A stretch of 32,588 nt of DNA from Dehalococcoidia bacterium (GTDB lineage Bacteria > Chloroflexota > Dehalococcoidia > DSTF01 > JACRBR01). Below are positions 1-7,819 of the stretch, piece by piece. Below the pieces are notes generated by a model. That model searched no databases. It saw only the letters and a list, made by a program, of their open reading frames with translations, and had not been told where the DNA came from. Position 1 is the first letter of the stretch. Each line of letters starts with the position of its first letter. The stretch is taken from the NCBI GenBank assembly GCA_041494685.1, contig JBGQBE010000039.1:1-32588 (forward strand), read 5' to 3'. Position numbers and translations under genes: made by a program.

Positions 1-174
1 AGGAACAACAATCTGCGCTTCGCCGAATTGGCCGCGCTTGCCGAGGCGTTCGGTTTCGAGCTGGATCGCGTCAGCGGGAGCCATCACATCTACGTGCACC
101 GCGGCGCAGGTGCCGTGCTCCACCTCCAGCCCATCGACGGCAAAGCGAAGCCCTACCAGGCCGTCAACCCCTTT
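1..174 (+). pseudogene. hicA: HicA-family toxin, 5' part (start lies upstream of the window), interrupted by the IS1595 insertion
   Basis: Frame 1 reads RNNNLRFAELAALAEAFGFELDRVSGSHHIYVHRGAGAVLHLQPIDGKAKPYQ, with the HicA GSH motif and a KAKPYQ segment. It is cut at the IS target site. A likely C-terminal remnant (MIELHNLE) resumes at 2191, directly before hicB. Confidence 0.85.
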
Positions 175-186
175 GGTAAGTATCCC

Positions 187-215
187 TTGACTGCCGAAGC
201 GGGATCGGCGATAAT
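187..215 (+). promoter_or_regulatory. Putative transposase promoter with its -35 inside IRL
   Basis: TTGACT (187-192), 17-nt spacer, GATAAT (210-215). AGGAG RBS at 224-228 before ATG 236. Confidence 0.65.
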
Positions 216-235
216 GGGAGCATAGGAGAACAGCC

Positions 236-1186
236 ATGCCACCAGTCAACCGCAAGAACCCGACCCGCGCCGCCTCTTCCGAATCCACCTTCTCCCTCAT
301 GGAGTTCGTGCGGGCGTACCCGGACGATGAGGCGTGCCTTCAGTCGCTTTGGCGCAACCGCTACTCGCCGGACGGTACGAACGCCCATTGCCCGAGGTGC
401 CAAGAGGTGCGCGTATTCGCGCGCTACGAGACGAAGCAACAGCGCCAAGCGTGGAACTGCACGCACTGCGGTGAGTACCGGTACCCGACCGCCGGGACGA
501 TCTTCCACAAATCGTCTACGTCGCTGCACCTGTGGTTCTACGCCATGTATCTCATGACGAGCACTCGTTGCGGCATCTCCGCAAAGCAACTGGAGCGAGA
601 GCTTGGCGTGACCTACAAGACCGCGTGGCGCATGGCGCACCGCATCCGCACGTTCCTCATGACGACGGATGGCGAGCCGATGGGCGGCACGGTCGAAATG
701 GACGAGACGTACATCGGCGGACGGCGCTCGATCAAGCGCGGCGGGCGGCGCGGTCGCCCCGGCCCCGACTCCAACAAGGCCACGGTGTTCGGCATGGTCG
801 AGCGCAAGGGCAACGTCATGGCCGTCACAGTGCCGAACGTCAAGAAGGCCACGCTCATGCCGCACATTCAGGAGCGCGTGCTTCCCGCGTCGATCATCTA
901 CACCGACGAACTGCGGTCGTACAACCCGCTGGCGAAGGCCGGATACCACCACGACCGCGTGAGCCATTCGGAGCACGTGTACGTGAGCGGGGATGTGCAC
1001 ACGAACACCATCGAAGGGTTCTGGTCGCTCATGAAGCGCGGGATTGACGGCGTGTACCACGCGGTGTCCGCTAAGCATCTTCAGGGTTACCTGAATGAGT
1101 ACACGTGGCGGTACAACCATCGCTCTGACGAGCGTGCGCAGTTTGAGACGCTACTTCTTCGGGCGGCGCGTACTCCGGCCCCGTAG
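236..1186 (+). CDS. IS1595-family DDE transposase with N-terminal zinc ribbon
   Basis: CPRC...CTHC zinc ribbon, SAKQLERELGVTYKTAWRM HTH, and catalytic motifs VEMDETYIGG, IYTDE and HTNTIEGFWSLMKR. Also YLNEYTWRYN. Confidence 0.95.
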   Translation: MPPVNRKNPTRAASSESTFSLMEFVRAYPDDEACLQSLWRNRYSPDGTNAHCPRCQEVRVFARYETKQQRQAWNCTHCGEYRYPTAGTIFHKSSTSLHLWFYAMYLMTSTRCGISAKQLERELGVTYKTAWRMAHRIRTFLMTTDGEPMGGTVEMDETYIGGRRSIKRGGRRGRPGPDSNKATVFGMVERKGNVMAVTVPNVKKATLMPHIQERVLPASIIYTDELRSYNPLAKAGYHHDRVSHSEHVYVSGDVHTNTIEGFWSLMKRGIDGVYHAVSAKHLQGYLNEYTWRYNHRSDERAQFETLLLRAARTPAP

Positions 1187-1309
1187 GGGCTTCTTGGAGT
1201 CTGGAACGGGCGTCGTGGCCGCCTTCTTGATGAGGCGGTCGAAGTCTGTTCGCTTTGGGATCGGAATCTCGTAGCCCTTCGGCGTCGTCTGCGTCGGCTT
1301 GTCCTTCAT
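1151..1309 (-). CDS. Putative 52-aa basic small protein inside the IS, antisense to the transposase 3' end (not in the ORF track)
   Basis: Manual translation gives MKDKPTQTTPKGYEIPIPKRTDFDRLIKKAATTPVPDSKKPLRGRSTRRPKK*. It is preceded on the minus strand by TAAACT plus 6 nt plus ATG, the same leaderless signature seen at several host genes. Confidence 0.55.
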   Translation of the reverse strand: MKDKPTQTTPKGYEIPIPKRTDFDRLIKKAATTPVPDSKKPLRGRSTRRPKK

Positions 1310-1325
1310 GATCGGAGTTTACTCC

Positions 1326-2102
1326 ATGCGCTACTCGGAGGGGTTCTACCCCGACTCCAGCGTCACCGGGCCAGAACTCAAGATCGAGCGAGCACACTAT
1401 CACATCGAGTTGCTGGGGCAGGAGGTCGGCAAGTTCTTCAAGCAATACTACGGTGATATCATCGCCGTCCAGTGTGACCTTAAGACCAGGGACAAGGTTT
1501 GGGTCATTGCCGAAGAGCCGACGCCCCCACCATTGTATTTGTCCACGATAATCGGTGACGCCCTTTACAACCTGCGCTCCGCACTCGACCATCTTGTGTA
1601 CGAACTCATTCGAGCGAATAGGAAGCAGCCGAACGGGAGATCCCAGTTCCCGATCGTCAGCACGAATGAAGTCGATTACGATCGGGTCGCGCCCATTCAA
1701 GTGCAGGGAATGGACCCGTACGCAGCGGCAGCGATCAAGCGGTTGCAGCCGTACAACAGATCGCACCGCCACAATAACAAGATGCTCCGACTCCTCAACC
1801 ACCTTGGTAATGTCGATAAACATCGGCACCTCCATCTCGTGGTGCCAGCGTCCGGTGGTTGGCTCTTCAGCAATCCCATCTCGATAGATGCCCGCCACAC
1901 CATCCACTCCGGAGCACTGAAACTCGGCACAGAGATAGCTCGCGTTTCCGAACAGGAGATGGACGTGGAGGGCGGCTTCTTTGGTGAGGTAGCGTTTAGT
2001 GACCCCGACGCGTTCAATGAGACGGCCTATGTCCTCCTCATCGGCATACGTGAATGCGTGGCGAAAATCGTCGCCGAGTTCCGGCGCGACTTCATCAAGT
2101 GA
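1326..2102 (+). CDS. IS passenger protein of unknown function, possibly HEPN-like
   Basis: ATG 1326 with GGAG at 1314-1317. Visibly lower GC than the flanks. Motifs IGDALYNLRSALDHLVYEL, SQFPI and LNHLGNVDKHRHL. Confidence 0.75.
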   Translation: MRYSEGFYPDSSVTGPELKIERAHYHIELLGQEVGKFFKQYYGDIIAVQCDLKTRDKVWVIAEEPTPPPLYLSTIIGDALYNLRSALDHLVYELIRANRKQPNGRSQFPIVSTNEVDYDRVAPIQVQGMDPYAAAAIKRLQPYNRSHRHNNKMLRLLNHLGNVDKHRHLHLVVPASGGWLFSNPISIDARHTIHSGALKLGTEIARVSEQEMDVEGGFFGEVAFSDPDAFNETAYVLLIGIRECVAKIVAEFRRDFIK

Positions 2103-2227
2103 TCCTGACGCTGATTGAGCGGCTAGCCTTCCAAGCGATTGCAATGGTAACTCCTTTTCGGCAGAGAAGGGATACTTACCACCCCTTTCAATGATTGAGC
2201 TACATAATCTAGAACCAGGGCACCCAC

Positions 2228-2458
2228 ATGAAGCGGGACTACCACATCAACGTCTTCTACAGCGCCGAGGATCGCGGCTACATCGCCGATATCCCCGACC
2301 TGGTCTCCTGTTCGGCCTTCGGCAAGACGGCCGAGGAAGCCGTGCGCGAAGTCACGATCGCGAAGAAAGCGTGGCTCAGGTCCGCGCGAAGTCTCGGCAA
2401 GCCTGTCCCGGAGCCGCGCTACCGCCCGGCGATCTACCAGACGGCCCACCTGCCCTGA
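2228..2458 (+). CDS. hicB: HicB-family antitoxin (short, no DNA-binding domain apparent)
   Basis: YHINVFYSAEDRGYIADIPDLVSCSAFGKTAEEAV...GKPVPEP is the typical HicB N-terminal fold signature. It follows the hicA remnant. Confidence 0.9.
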   Translation: MKRDYHINVFYSAEDRGYIADIPDLVSCSAFGKTAEEAVREVTIAKKAWLRSARSLGKPVPEPRYRPAIYQTAHLP

Positions 2459-2501
2459 TCGAAGCGGGCCGCCGCCGCCCCTGCCGTGTTATCATCCGCC
2501 C

Positions 2502-3281
2502 GTGGTTGTGCTGCACGAACCCGAGGGCTACCAGCTTCATCTCCCCGTCTTCGATGGGCCGCTCGACCTCCTCCTCCACCTGATCGAGCGCGAACAGCTC
2601 GACATCACGAACATCGCGCTGGTCGCCGTCGCCGACCAGTACATGCGCTACCTCCACTCCGGCGATCAGCTCAACCTCGACGCGCTGGCCGACTTCATCG
2701 CCATCGGCGCGAAGCTGCTGCTGCTGAAGTCGCGCGCGCTGCTCCCCCGGCCGCGACCGGACGACCCGGACGCCGAGCCCGAAGAAGACCTCAGCGACGA
2801 CCTGGCGCGCCAGCTGCTGGAGTACAAGCTGTTCAAGGAGGCTGCCGGCCGCCTGCGCGACATCGAGGTCGCCGGCCTGCACTCGTACCCCCGCATCGCG
2901 CCGCCGCCCGAACTCCCCGCGCCCACCGGGCTCGACGGCGTCACGCTCGACCTCCTGCAGGCGATGGTCGTCGACGCGCTGACCCGCGTGCCGGAGGAGA
3001 AGGAGCCGGTGCAGGTGATCCACCCGCTCCGCTTCACCGTGCGCGAGAAGGTGGCCATGCTCCGCGCGCTGCTCCAGGCGGAGGGCCGCGTCAGCTTCCG
3101 CGCCGTCGTCGAAGCGTGCGCCACGCGCATGGAGATCATCGTCTCGTTCATGGCGGTGCTGGAGCTGATCAAATCGCGCGTCCTCGAAGCACTGCAAGAC
3201 GCCGCCTTCGCGGACATCCTGCTCGTGCCCTCCGGCGAGGCGCCGCTCGACGTCGCCGTCACCGAGTTCGAGGGCGACTGA
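2502..3281 (+). CDS. scpA: Segregation and condensation protein A (kleisin)
   Basis: FDGPLDLLLHLIEREQLDI, KLLLLKSRALLP, LLEYKLFKEAA and IIVSFMAVLELIK...Q...F motifs. Confidence 0.93.
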   Translation: MVVLHEPEGYQLHLPVFDGPLDLLLHLIEREQLDITNIALVAVADQYMRYLHSGDQLNLDALADFIAIGAKLLLLKSRALLPRPRPDDPDAEPEEDLSDDLARQLLEYKLFKEAAGRLRDIEVAGLHSYPRIAPPPELPAPTGLDGVTLDLLQAMVVDALTRVPEEKEPVQVIHPLRFTVREKVAMLRALLQAEGRVSFRAVVEACATRMEIIVSFMAVLELIKSRVLEALQDAAFADILLVPSGEAPLDVAVTEFEGD

Positions 3282-3304
3282 GCTCTCACCCCATATACAC
3301 CACG

Positions 3305-3874
3305 ATGGACGCTGGCAACCCGCTCCCGCAGCGCATCGTCGTCGCCGGCACCACCGGCAGCGGCAAGACCACGCTTGCCCGCCGCCTCGCCGCCGCGATC
3401 GATGCGCCCCACGTCGAGCTGGACGCGCTGTACCACGAAGCGAACTGGACGCCCGCCGATATCGACGTGTTTCGCGCCCGCGTCAGCGCCGCCATCGACG
3501 CGCCGCGCTGGGTCGTCGATGGCGCCTACGCCAGCCACGTCTGGGATATCGCCTGGGCCGCAGCCGACACGATCGCCTGGCTCGACTACCCCTTCGCGGT
3601 CGTGATAGCGCGGCTCTTGCGCCGCACGCTCGTGCGCCGGGTCAAGGGAGAGGAGCTGTGGAACGGCAACCGCGAGAGCCTGCGCACGCACTTCGCCAGC
3701 CGCGATTCCCTCTTCCTGTGGGCCCGGAAGACGCACTGGAAGCACCGCCGCCAGTACCCGGAGCACTTCGCGCGCCCGGAGCTTGCGCACGTGCGCATCG
3801 TCCGCCTGCGCGGCCCCCGCGACGCGGAGCGCTTCGCCCGCGAAGTCGAATCGCTTGCCGCCCACCCGCGCTGA
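3305..3874 (+). CDS. P-loop adenylate-kinase-like protein (FlaR/topology-modulation-like)
   Basis: RIVVAGTTGSGKTTLA Walker A, ELDALYH, WVVDGAY, ADTIAWLDYP and ELWNGNRES. ATG 3305 lies within the longer 2486 ORF. Confidence 0.85.
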   Translation: MDAGNPLPQRIVVAGTTGSGKTTLARRLAAAIDAPHVELDALYHEANWTPADIDVFRARVSAAIDAPRWVVDGAYASHVWDIAWAAADTIAWLDYPFAVVIARLLRRTLVRRVKGEELWNGNRESLRTHFASRDSLFLWARKTHWKHRRQYPEHFARPELAHVRIVRLRGPRDAERFAREVESLAAHPR

Positions 3875-4047
3875 CCCCCGGCGTGGTGGAGTTCCCAGGT
3901 TCCCCGGCACCTCCTCAATCTGTGACATCCGTGGATTCCACCCTCGCCAACTCAAACCTGTGACAGTTCCGTAACCCGCCGACGGCCCGCGCTCCGTCCG
4001 CCGGCCGTTGCCCGTCCGTTACAATCCCGCGGGGCCCGGGAGGGGCG

Positions 4048-5154
4048 ATGGATGTGAGGAAATCAGGGCGCCGCTGGTGCACGATGGCCGCGTTCGCGAT
4101 GGCCGCGGCGCTGATCGCCGCGTGCGGCGGCGATGGCAAGGGCGACCCGCAGACCGTGGGGCCGCCGCGCTCGTTCATGATGGGCTTCAGCACGCTCCCC
4201 CGCGAGTTGAACGCGGACTCGTACGCGGACGCGTTCAAGCTGGCAAGCAGCAATGGTGAGATGGTCCTCATCCAGCGCACGCCGCCGTGGAAGGACTTCC
4301 TGCCCGGCGCGGACGTCAGCGAAGACACCGCGAAGACCACCGCGTCCGAGAAGCAGGCGATCGCCGATGGCCACCTGCGCCTCTTCTTCGCCATCGATCC
4401 CACGGACGGCTCCACCGGCCGCGACCGCCTCGCCGGGCTGCCGTCGGCGCTCTCCGGCCGCAACTTCAGCGATCCCGATGTCCGCGCGGCGTTCGTCTCG
4501 TACGCCAGGTACGTGGCGCTCAACTACAAGCCGGCGTACCTGGCGCTCGGCGTCGAGATCAACCTCTACTACGACAAGAACAAGGACGCGATGGACGACT
4601 TCAAGTCGCTGTACGCCGAGGCGTACGACGCAGTGAAGAAGATCTCCCCCGACACACAGGTCACCGTCACGTTCCAGTACGAGGACCTGCAGGGCGTCCT
4701 GCCGACCGAAGACCAGCACTTCGCCGACTGGCCCCTGCTGCGCAGCTTCGCTCCCAAGCTCGACGTGATGGCGATCAGCACCTACCCCAGCTTCGCGTAT
4801 GCATCCGCGGCGGCGATTCCCGCCAACTACTACAGCCAGCTGCGCGCCTTCACGGACCGGCCGATCGTCATCGCGCAGATGGGCTACTCGTCGGCCGCGG
4901 CCGGCGGCGCGCAGGGGATGAACAGCGGCACCGAGCAGGATCAGGACGCGTTCCTGAAGCGCGCGTTGGTCGACGCGCAGGAGATGAAGATGCCCTTCGT
5001 CATCTGGTTCGCCGGCTGGGATCCGACCTACGCGAACAACACGCCGTTCGGCATCTTCCAGCACATCGGCCTCTTGCGCGCCGACAAGACCAGCAAGCCC
5101 GCCTGGAACACGTGGTTCGCCGCCGCCCGGCGCCCGTACCAACCGGAGCAGTGA
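4048..5154 (+). CDS. Lipoprotein with a clan GH-A-like glycoside hydrolase fold
   Basis: Lipobox LIAAC. Motifs YLALGVEIN, AYDAVKKISPDTQV, DVMAISTYP, PIVIAQMGY, EQDQ and IGLLRADKTSKPAWNTW resemble GH-A TIM barrels. Confidence 0.7.
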   Translation: MDVRKSGRRWCTMAAFAMAAALIAACGGDGKGDPQTVGPPRSFMMGFSTLPRELNADSYADAFKLASSNGEMVLIQRTPPWKDFLPGADVSEDTAKTTASEKQAIADGHLRLFFAIDPTDGSTGRDRLAGLPSALSGRNFSDPDVRAAFVSYARYVALNYKPAYLALGVEINLYYDKNKDAMDDFKSLYAEAYDAVKKISPDTQVTVTFQYEDLQGVLPTEDQHFADWPLLRSFAPKLDVMAISTYPSFAYASAAAIPANYYSQLRAFTDRPIVIAQMGYSSAAAGGAQGMNSGTEQDQDAFLKRALVDAQEMKMPFVIWFAGWDPTYANNTPFGIFQHIGLLRADKTSKPAWNTWFAAARRPYQPEQ

Positions 5155-5178
5155 CAGCGAGACAGGGGCAGTGCGCGG

Positions 5179-5586
5179 CTAGATAACGAACGCGTCCGCC
5201 GCGCGGCCCTCCTCCGCCGCGCCCAGCGCCGCCGCCGTACGCACGCTGGCGTACGCGGCACACAGCGCGAACGCGAGCGCGAGGAACCGCCCGGGCGCGG
5301 GCAGGTGCCGGAACGAGCGGAGCGTGATGACGCAGTCCGCCACGTCCGCGGCCGCCCCCGCGGCGAGCCACGTCTTCGGGTCACCACCTCGCGCCAACGC
5401 GATCGCGCCGCCGGCGCCGATTCCGATGTCGCGCGCGCCCACCGCCTGCACGACTGTACGCGCGGCGGGGCGGTCGGCGTCCTCGCCGATCCAGCTACGG
5501 CCGAGGGTGCGCGGTGCTGCGAGCAGCGCCGCCCCGAATGCGGTGCGCGTGAGCGTGATGGCGAGCGCCGCGGTTCGCGGTGTCAT
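5179..5586 (-). CDS. Small membrane protein (GARDIGIG motif, DUF4267-like)
   Basis: Four hydrophobic segments. ATG 5586 is preceded by TACGCT plus 6 nt. Confidence 0.7.
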   Translation of the reverse strand: MTPRTAALAITLTRTAFGAALLAAPRTLGRSWIGEDADRPAARTVVQAVGARDIGIGAGGAIALARGGDPKTWLAAGAAADVADCVITLRSFRHLPAPGRFLALAFALCAAYASVRTAAALGAAEEGRAADAFVI

Positions 5587-5799
5587 GCACGCAGCGTAGC
5601 AGGTGATCGCGGCACGGGCGCGCGCCGCCACGTTACGGAACAGTCAGTCACGAATTCGACAGGAACGCGGTGGTGGGAAGTTAGGCGCGAAGGTTGACCG
5701 CTTATCACTTCCCGCCCCTTCGACACCCCGCCTACAATGCCGCCACGTTCTGGTGTGGTGTCCCCCACCACGTTCATTTCTGACAGAAAACTGAATACC

Positions 5800-7311
5800 G
5801 TGAAATACCCGATTACCGTGACCGCGGACGGGTACGCCCTGCAGCGGCAGAGCATCGCCGCGTCTCTCACCATGAGCGACGCCTGGCGGTTCGCCGTCCG
5901 CAACTGGGGCTTGCTGGCCGCGATCACCATCACCTTCCTCGTGCATGCGCCGACGCTCCGGTACTACTTCGCCGGGGATGACTTCGTCGTCCTCGGCAGC
6001 ATCCGCTACAGCGGGACGGGCGGCTACCTGGTCGATACGCTGCGCATGCAGGACATCGTGCCCAGCTGGCGCCCGCTCTCAGGCCTCATCTACGCGGCCG
6101 AGTGGAACGTCTTCGGACTCAACGCCATGGGCTGGCGCGCCGTGAATCTCGCCGTCCACCTGGGCTCCGTCGCGGTGCTCTACACCCTGGTCGTGCGCGT
6201 GACCCGGCGCCAGGCCGTCGGCGCCATCGCGGCCATCGTCTTCGGCGTCTCCGGCGCGCACTTCGACACCGTCACCTACGTCACCGCCCTGCCGCACGTG
6301 CTCGCCACCTTCTTCGTGCTCGCGTCGATCCTCGCGGTCATCTCCTACGCGCAGGACGGCGAGCGTAACCCCTGGGCGTTCTGGGGCGCATTCGCCCTGT
6401 TCGCGCTGGCCTTCCTCTCCAACGAAGGCGCGTTCGTCTACGCGCCCGTCGTCGTCGCCGCCTACACGCTGTTCGCGCGCCGCTGGCACGATGCGCCGCT
6501 GCGGCTCGTCCTGCACGCCGTCCCGTTCACGGCGCTGGCGTCCGGCTGGCTCGCGTTCTACGAGTCCTGCACCTGCGCGCAGCTCAAGTTCGACGGCTAC
6601 TACTGGGGGCCGCACGTCGCGACGAACTACGCGGTCTACCTCTCGTGGCTGGCGTTCCCCGCTCGCAGCATCCCGCTGACGCCCGACGGCCTGCGCTGGG
6701 TGCTGGCCGGCGCCGTCGCGCTCGTCGCGCTGATCTCCGTCGTGCGCGGCCCGCAGATCGCGCGCCTTGCGGTGCTCGGCATCATCCTGGCGCTGCTGCC
6801 GTTCGCGCCGGTGAAGATCTGGACCGCCTCGCGCTACAGCTACGGCGCCGTCGCCTTCTTCGCGCCGCTCGCCGCCGTCGCCGCGTACGAAGCCTTCGAC
6901 CGCGTGCGGCGCGTCCACCGCTTCGTGCGCGTGCCGGCCACCGTGCTGGGCATGGCCTTCGTCGCCGCGGTCGCCGTGCTGTACGGCTGGCAGACCTACG
7001 CCCAGGATGCCCGTTCCGGCCGCGAGACAGACCGCTGGCAGCTCCTGGTCAACCAGCTGCAGCGCACGAACTCGTCTGTCCCGCCGGGCGCGACCATCTG
7101 GATCGTCGACGGCCCCTGGACCAACCCCATGGAGCAGTACACGTGGGTGCCCTCCGTCGCGCGCGCCGTCTACGGCGACGCCGCCGCCTTCGACCTGCCG
7201 CGGCAGGCGTACCAGGACAGCCCGCCTCCCATGCACAACGCGATCTTCATGGAGTGGACGGTCGACGGACTCCGGCCGATCCAGCCACAGCAGGTCATCG
7301 CGCCACACTGA
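5800..7311 (+). CDS. Polytopic GT-C-type (PMT/GT39-like) glycosyltransferase; start uncertain (GTG 5800 or ATG 5872)
   Basis: YFAGDDF di-acid loop after TM1, WRPLS, NLAVHLGS and LSNEGA, plus many TM helices. Confidence 0.75.
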   Translation: MKYPITVTADGYALQRQSIAASLTMSDAWRFAVRNWGLLAAITITFLVHAPTLRYYFAGDDFVVLGSIRYSGTGGYLVDTLRMQDIVPSWRPLSGLIYAAEWNVFGLNAMGWRAVNLAVHLGSVAVLYTLVVRVTRRQAVGAIAAIVFGVSGAHFDTVTYVTALPHVLATFFVLASILAVISYAQDGERNPWAFWGAFALFALAFLSNEGAFVYAPVVVAAYTLFARRWHDAPLRLVLHAVPFTALASGWLAFYESCTCAQLKFDGYYWGPHVATNYAVYLSWLAFPARSIPLTPDGLRWVLAGAVALVALISVVRGPQIARLAVLGIILALLPFAPVKIWTASRYSYGAVAFFAPLAAVAAYEAFDRVRRVHRFVRVPATVLGMAFVAAVAVLYGWQTYAQDARSGRETDRWQLLVNQLQRTNSSVPPGATIWIVDGPWTNPMEQYTWVPSVARAVYGDAAAFDLPRQAYQDSPPPMHNAIFMEWTVDGLRPIQPQQVIAPH

Positions 7312-7474
7312 TCGCCCCGGCGTTTTCGCGCGGACTGGCGGGCGGACTGCGACCTGGGGGAGCGTCCGCCCGCGGTTGTATCCTGCCCCGATCCTCCGCT
7401 CGCGCCCGCAGGGGCTTGCGCGCGCGTGCCGCGCGGCTGCAAGCTAAGAGCGGCACAGCAAGAAAGGCGCGCTC

Positions 7475-7789
7475 ATGACAGTCGTCTCGACGCTCCGGCG
7501 GACCTGCATCGTCACGTCGCAGGAAGAGTGGGACAAGCGCAGCGGCGCCCTGCTCGCGCGGCTGCTGCCGTACCTGCAGCGGCAGCCCGGCTTCGTCGCG
7601 CACGAGTTGCGCCGCGACGGCGACGGCGGCGGCATGGTCGAGTCGACGCACTGGCGCAGCCACGACGACTGCCGCGCCTACCTGCGCGGCGGCTCCGCCG
7701 CCATGTGCGCCACCTGGCTCGATGCCTTCTTCCCGACAGCGCCGTTCCCGAACGGTAACTGGATGCGCGAGACCGTCGAACAGCCGTAA
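7475..7789 (+). CDS. Antibiotic-biosynthesis-monooxygenase (ABM)-like small protein
   Basis: LQRQPGFVAHELRR...THWRSHDD pattern typical of dimeric alpha-beta barrel ABM domains. Confidence 0.6.
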   Translation: MTVVSTLRRTCIVTSQEEWDKRSGALLARLLPYLQRQPGFVAHELRRDGDGGGMVESTHWRSHDDCRAYLRGGSAAMCATWLDAFFPTAPFPNGNWMRETVEQP

Positions 7790-7819
7790 TTGCCCGGGCG
7801 CGCCTGGAGGCGCCGCATC

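Larger units (their letters stand above)
175..2180 (+). mobile_element. Complete IS1595-family insertion sequence with passenger gene(s), 2006 bp
   Basis: IRL 175-198 is GGTAAGTATCCCTTGACTGCCGAA. IRR 2157-2180, reverse-complemented, is GGTAAGTATCCCTTCTCTGCCGAA (22/24 identical). A perfect 8-bp direct repeat ACCCCTTT lies at 167-174 and 2181-2188. An IS1595-type transposase lies inside. Confidence 0.95.

Noticed and set aside
1071..2144. 357-aa minus-strand ORF across the IS cargo
   Set aside because: It is antisense to the better-supported + strand cargo gene, which has an RBS and protein-like motifs. No recognisable motif; treated as a shadow ORF, though not formally excluded.
3875..3960. 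Imperfect inverted repeat after the kinase gene as an ncRNA
   Set aside because: Pairing is loose and there is no recognisable motif. More likely a decayed repeat or weak terminator.
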